Part shown: one piece after another, positions 62,301-64,000 of the stretch
Layout: each line of letters begins with the position of its first letter
How positions within the stretch are numbered: position 1 is the stretch's first letter
Source of the DNA: Balanoglossus misakiensis
Taxonomy: Eukaryota; Animalia; Hemichordata
Assembly: GCA_040954595.2 (NCBI GenBank)
Contig: CM082595.2
Coordinates: 4,015,943-4,079,942 of the forward strand
Direction of reading: 5' to 3'
Length of the DNA stretch: 64,000 bases
Notes under the pieces: generated by a model
The model's input: the letters and a program-made list of their open reading frames with translations, nothing else
Told to the model about the DNA's origin: nothing
Databases searched by the model: none
Translations under genes and position numbers: made by a program

Positions 62301-64000
62301 CATTGGTAAAACTACTGCAAAAACCACACAGCCACCTACAACACTCCATGAAACGACCACTGGGGGTACAACATCTGCAAAAACTACAACATCGCCTACA
62401 ACTTCAGGTGCAACAACACAAGTTGCTACAAGTGACGTTGTGACCACTGTAGCCGACACAACTATTGGTAAAACAACTGCAAAAACCACACAGCCACCTA
62501 CAACACTCCATGAAACGACCACTGGGGGTACAACATCTGCAAAAACTACAACATCGCCTACAACTTCAGGTGCAACAACACAAGTTGCTACAAGTGACGT
62601 TGTGACCACTGCAGCCGACACAACTATTGGTAAAACAACTGCAAAAACCACACAGCCACCTACAACACTCCATGAAACGACCACTGGGGGTACAACATCT
62701 GCAAAAACTACAACATCGCCTACAACTTCAGGTGCAACAACACAAGTTGCTACAAGTGACGTTGTGACCACTGCAGCCGACACAACTATTGGTAAAACAA
62801 CTGCAAAAACCACACAGCCACCTACAACACTCCATGAAACGACCACTGGGGGTACAACATCTGCAAAAACTACAACATCGCCTACAACTTCAGGTGCAAC
62901 AACACAAGTTGCTACAAGTGACGTTGTGACCACTGTAGCCGACACAACTATTGGTAAAACAACTGCAAAAACCACACAGCCACCTACAACACTCCATGAA
63001 ACGACCACTGGGGGTACAACATCTGCAAAAACTACAACATCGCCTACAACTTCAGGTGCAACAACACAAGTTGCTACAAGTGACGTTGTGACCACTGTAG
63101 CCGACACAACTATTGGTAAAACAACTGCAAAAACCACACAGCCACCTACAACACTCCATGAAACGACCACTGGCGGTACAACATCTGCAAAAACTACAAC
63201 ATCGCCTACAACTTCAGGTGCAACAACACAAGTTGCTACAAGTGACGTTGTGACCACTGTAGCCGACACAACTATTGGTAAAACAACTGCAAAAACCACA
63301 CAGCCACCTACAACACTCCATGAAACGACCACTGGCGGTACAACATCTGCAAAAACTACAACATCGCCTACAACTTCAGGTGCAACAACACAAGTTGCTA
63401 CAAGTGACGTTGTGACCACTGTAGCCGACACAACTATTGGTAAAACTACTGCAAAAACCACACAGCCACCTACAACACTCCATGAAACGACCACTGGGGG
63501 TACAACATCTGCAAAAACTACAACATCGCCTACAACTTCAGGTGCAACAACACAAGTTGCTACAAGTGACGTTGTGACCACTGTAGCCGACACAACCATT
63601 GGTAAAACTACTGCAAAAACCACACAGCCACCTACAACACTCCATGAAACGACCACTGGGGGTACAACATCTGCAAAAACTACAACATCGCCTACAACTT
63701 CAGGTGCAACAACACAAGTTGCTACAAGTGACGTTGTGACCACTGTAGCCGACACAACTATTGGTAAAACAACTGCAAAAACCACACAGCCACCTACAAC
63801 ACTCCATGAAACGACCACTGGGGGTACAACATCTGCAAAAACTACAACATCGCCTACAACTTCAGGTGCAACAACACAAGTTGCTACAAGTGACGTTGTG
63901 ACCACTGTAGCCGACACAACTATTGGTAAAACAACTGCAAAAACCACACAGCCACCTACAACACTCCATGAAACGACCACTGGGGGTACAACATCTGCAA
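56308..64000 (+). CDS. Secreted modular protein B, tandem paralog of A (CCP repeats, beta-rich domain, mucin), running off the window
   Basis: Exon-for-exon match to A (approx.): 56308-56538, 56832-57047, 57456-57623, 57745-58134, 58425-58628, 59026-59229, 59413-59586, 60069-60254, 60599 onward (mucin). No stops seen in the exons read. Confidence 0.85.
60690..64000 (+). repeat. Coding tandem repeat, 162-bp (54-aa) unit, two degenerate copies then about 18 homogeneous copies, continuing past the window
   Basis: Unit TTAKTTQPPTTLHETTTGGTTSAKTTTSPTTSGATTQVATSDVVTT(V/A)ADTTIGK. Confidence 0.97.

Noticed and set aside
60687-63980. 1097-aa Val-rich minus-strand ORF
   Set aside because: Antisense shadow of the gene B mucin exon.
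33450-64000. 162-bp arrays as CRISPR-like arrays
   Set aside because: Contiguous in-frame coding repeats with no unique spacers and no cas genes, in a eukaryotic context.
29244-64000. Genes A and B as uncollapsed haplotypes
   Set aside because: Several introns are unalignable, the leader exons differ and the repeat units have fixed differences, favouring true paralogs; read depth would confirm.

Overview
Intron-rich eukaryotic DNA from an invertebrate animal (a hemichordate/echinoderm-like deuterostome is my guess, not shown by the sequence). Left third: the 5' two-thirds of an mTOR gene on the minus strand (about 35 coding exons, 22932 down to 8614), which stops mid-FAT domain at a splice donor. 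The following stretch (1-8613, presumably one large intron) holds three intronless PDIK1L/STK35-like Ser/Thr kinase ORFs. Two of these form a divergent inverted duplication, and one ends in a polybasic CaaL prenylation box. An intronless UBIAD1 lies head-to-head with mTOR, as in vertebrates. Right two-thirds: two tandem paralogs of a secreted Sushi/CCP + Thr-rich mucin + HYR protein (29244-37528 complete; 50930 to beyond 64000 partial), with separately homogenised 162-bp repeat arrays. Between them is an intact, recent Ty3/Gypsy LTR retrotransposon with a chromodomain integrase and a tRNA-Ala-like PBS. Several MITEs and microsatellites are present. No rRNA, tRNA or CRISPR was seen. Exon coordinates were read by eye and may be off by a few bases.
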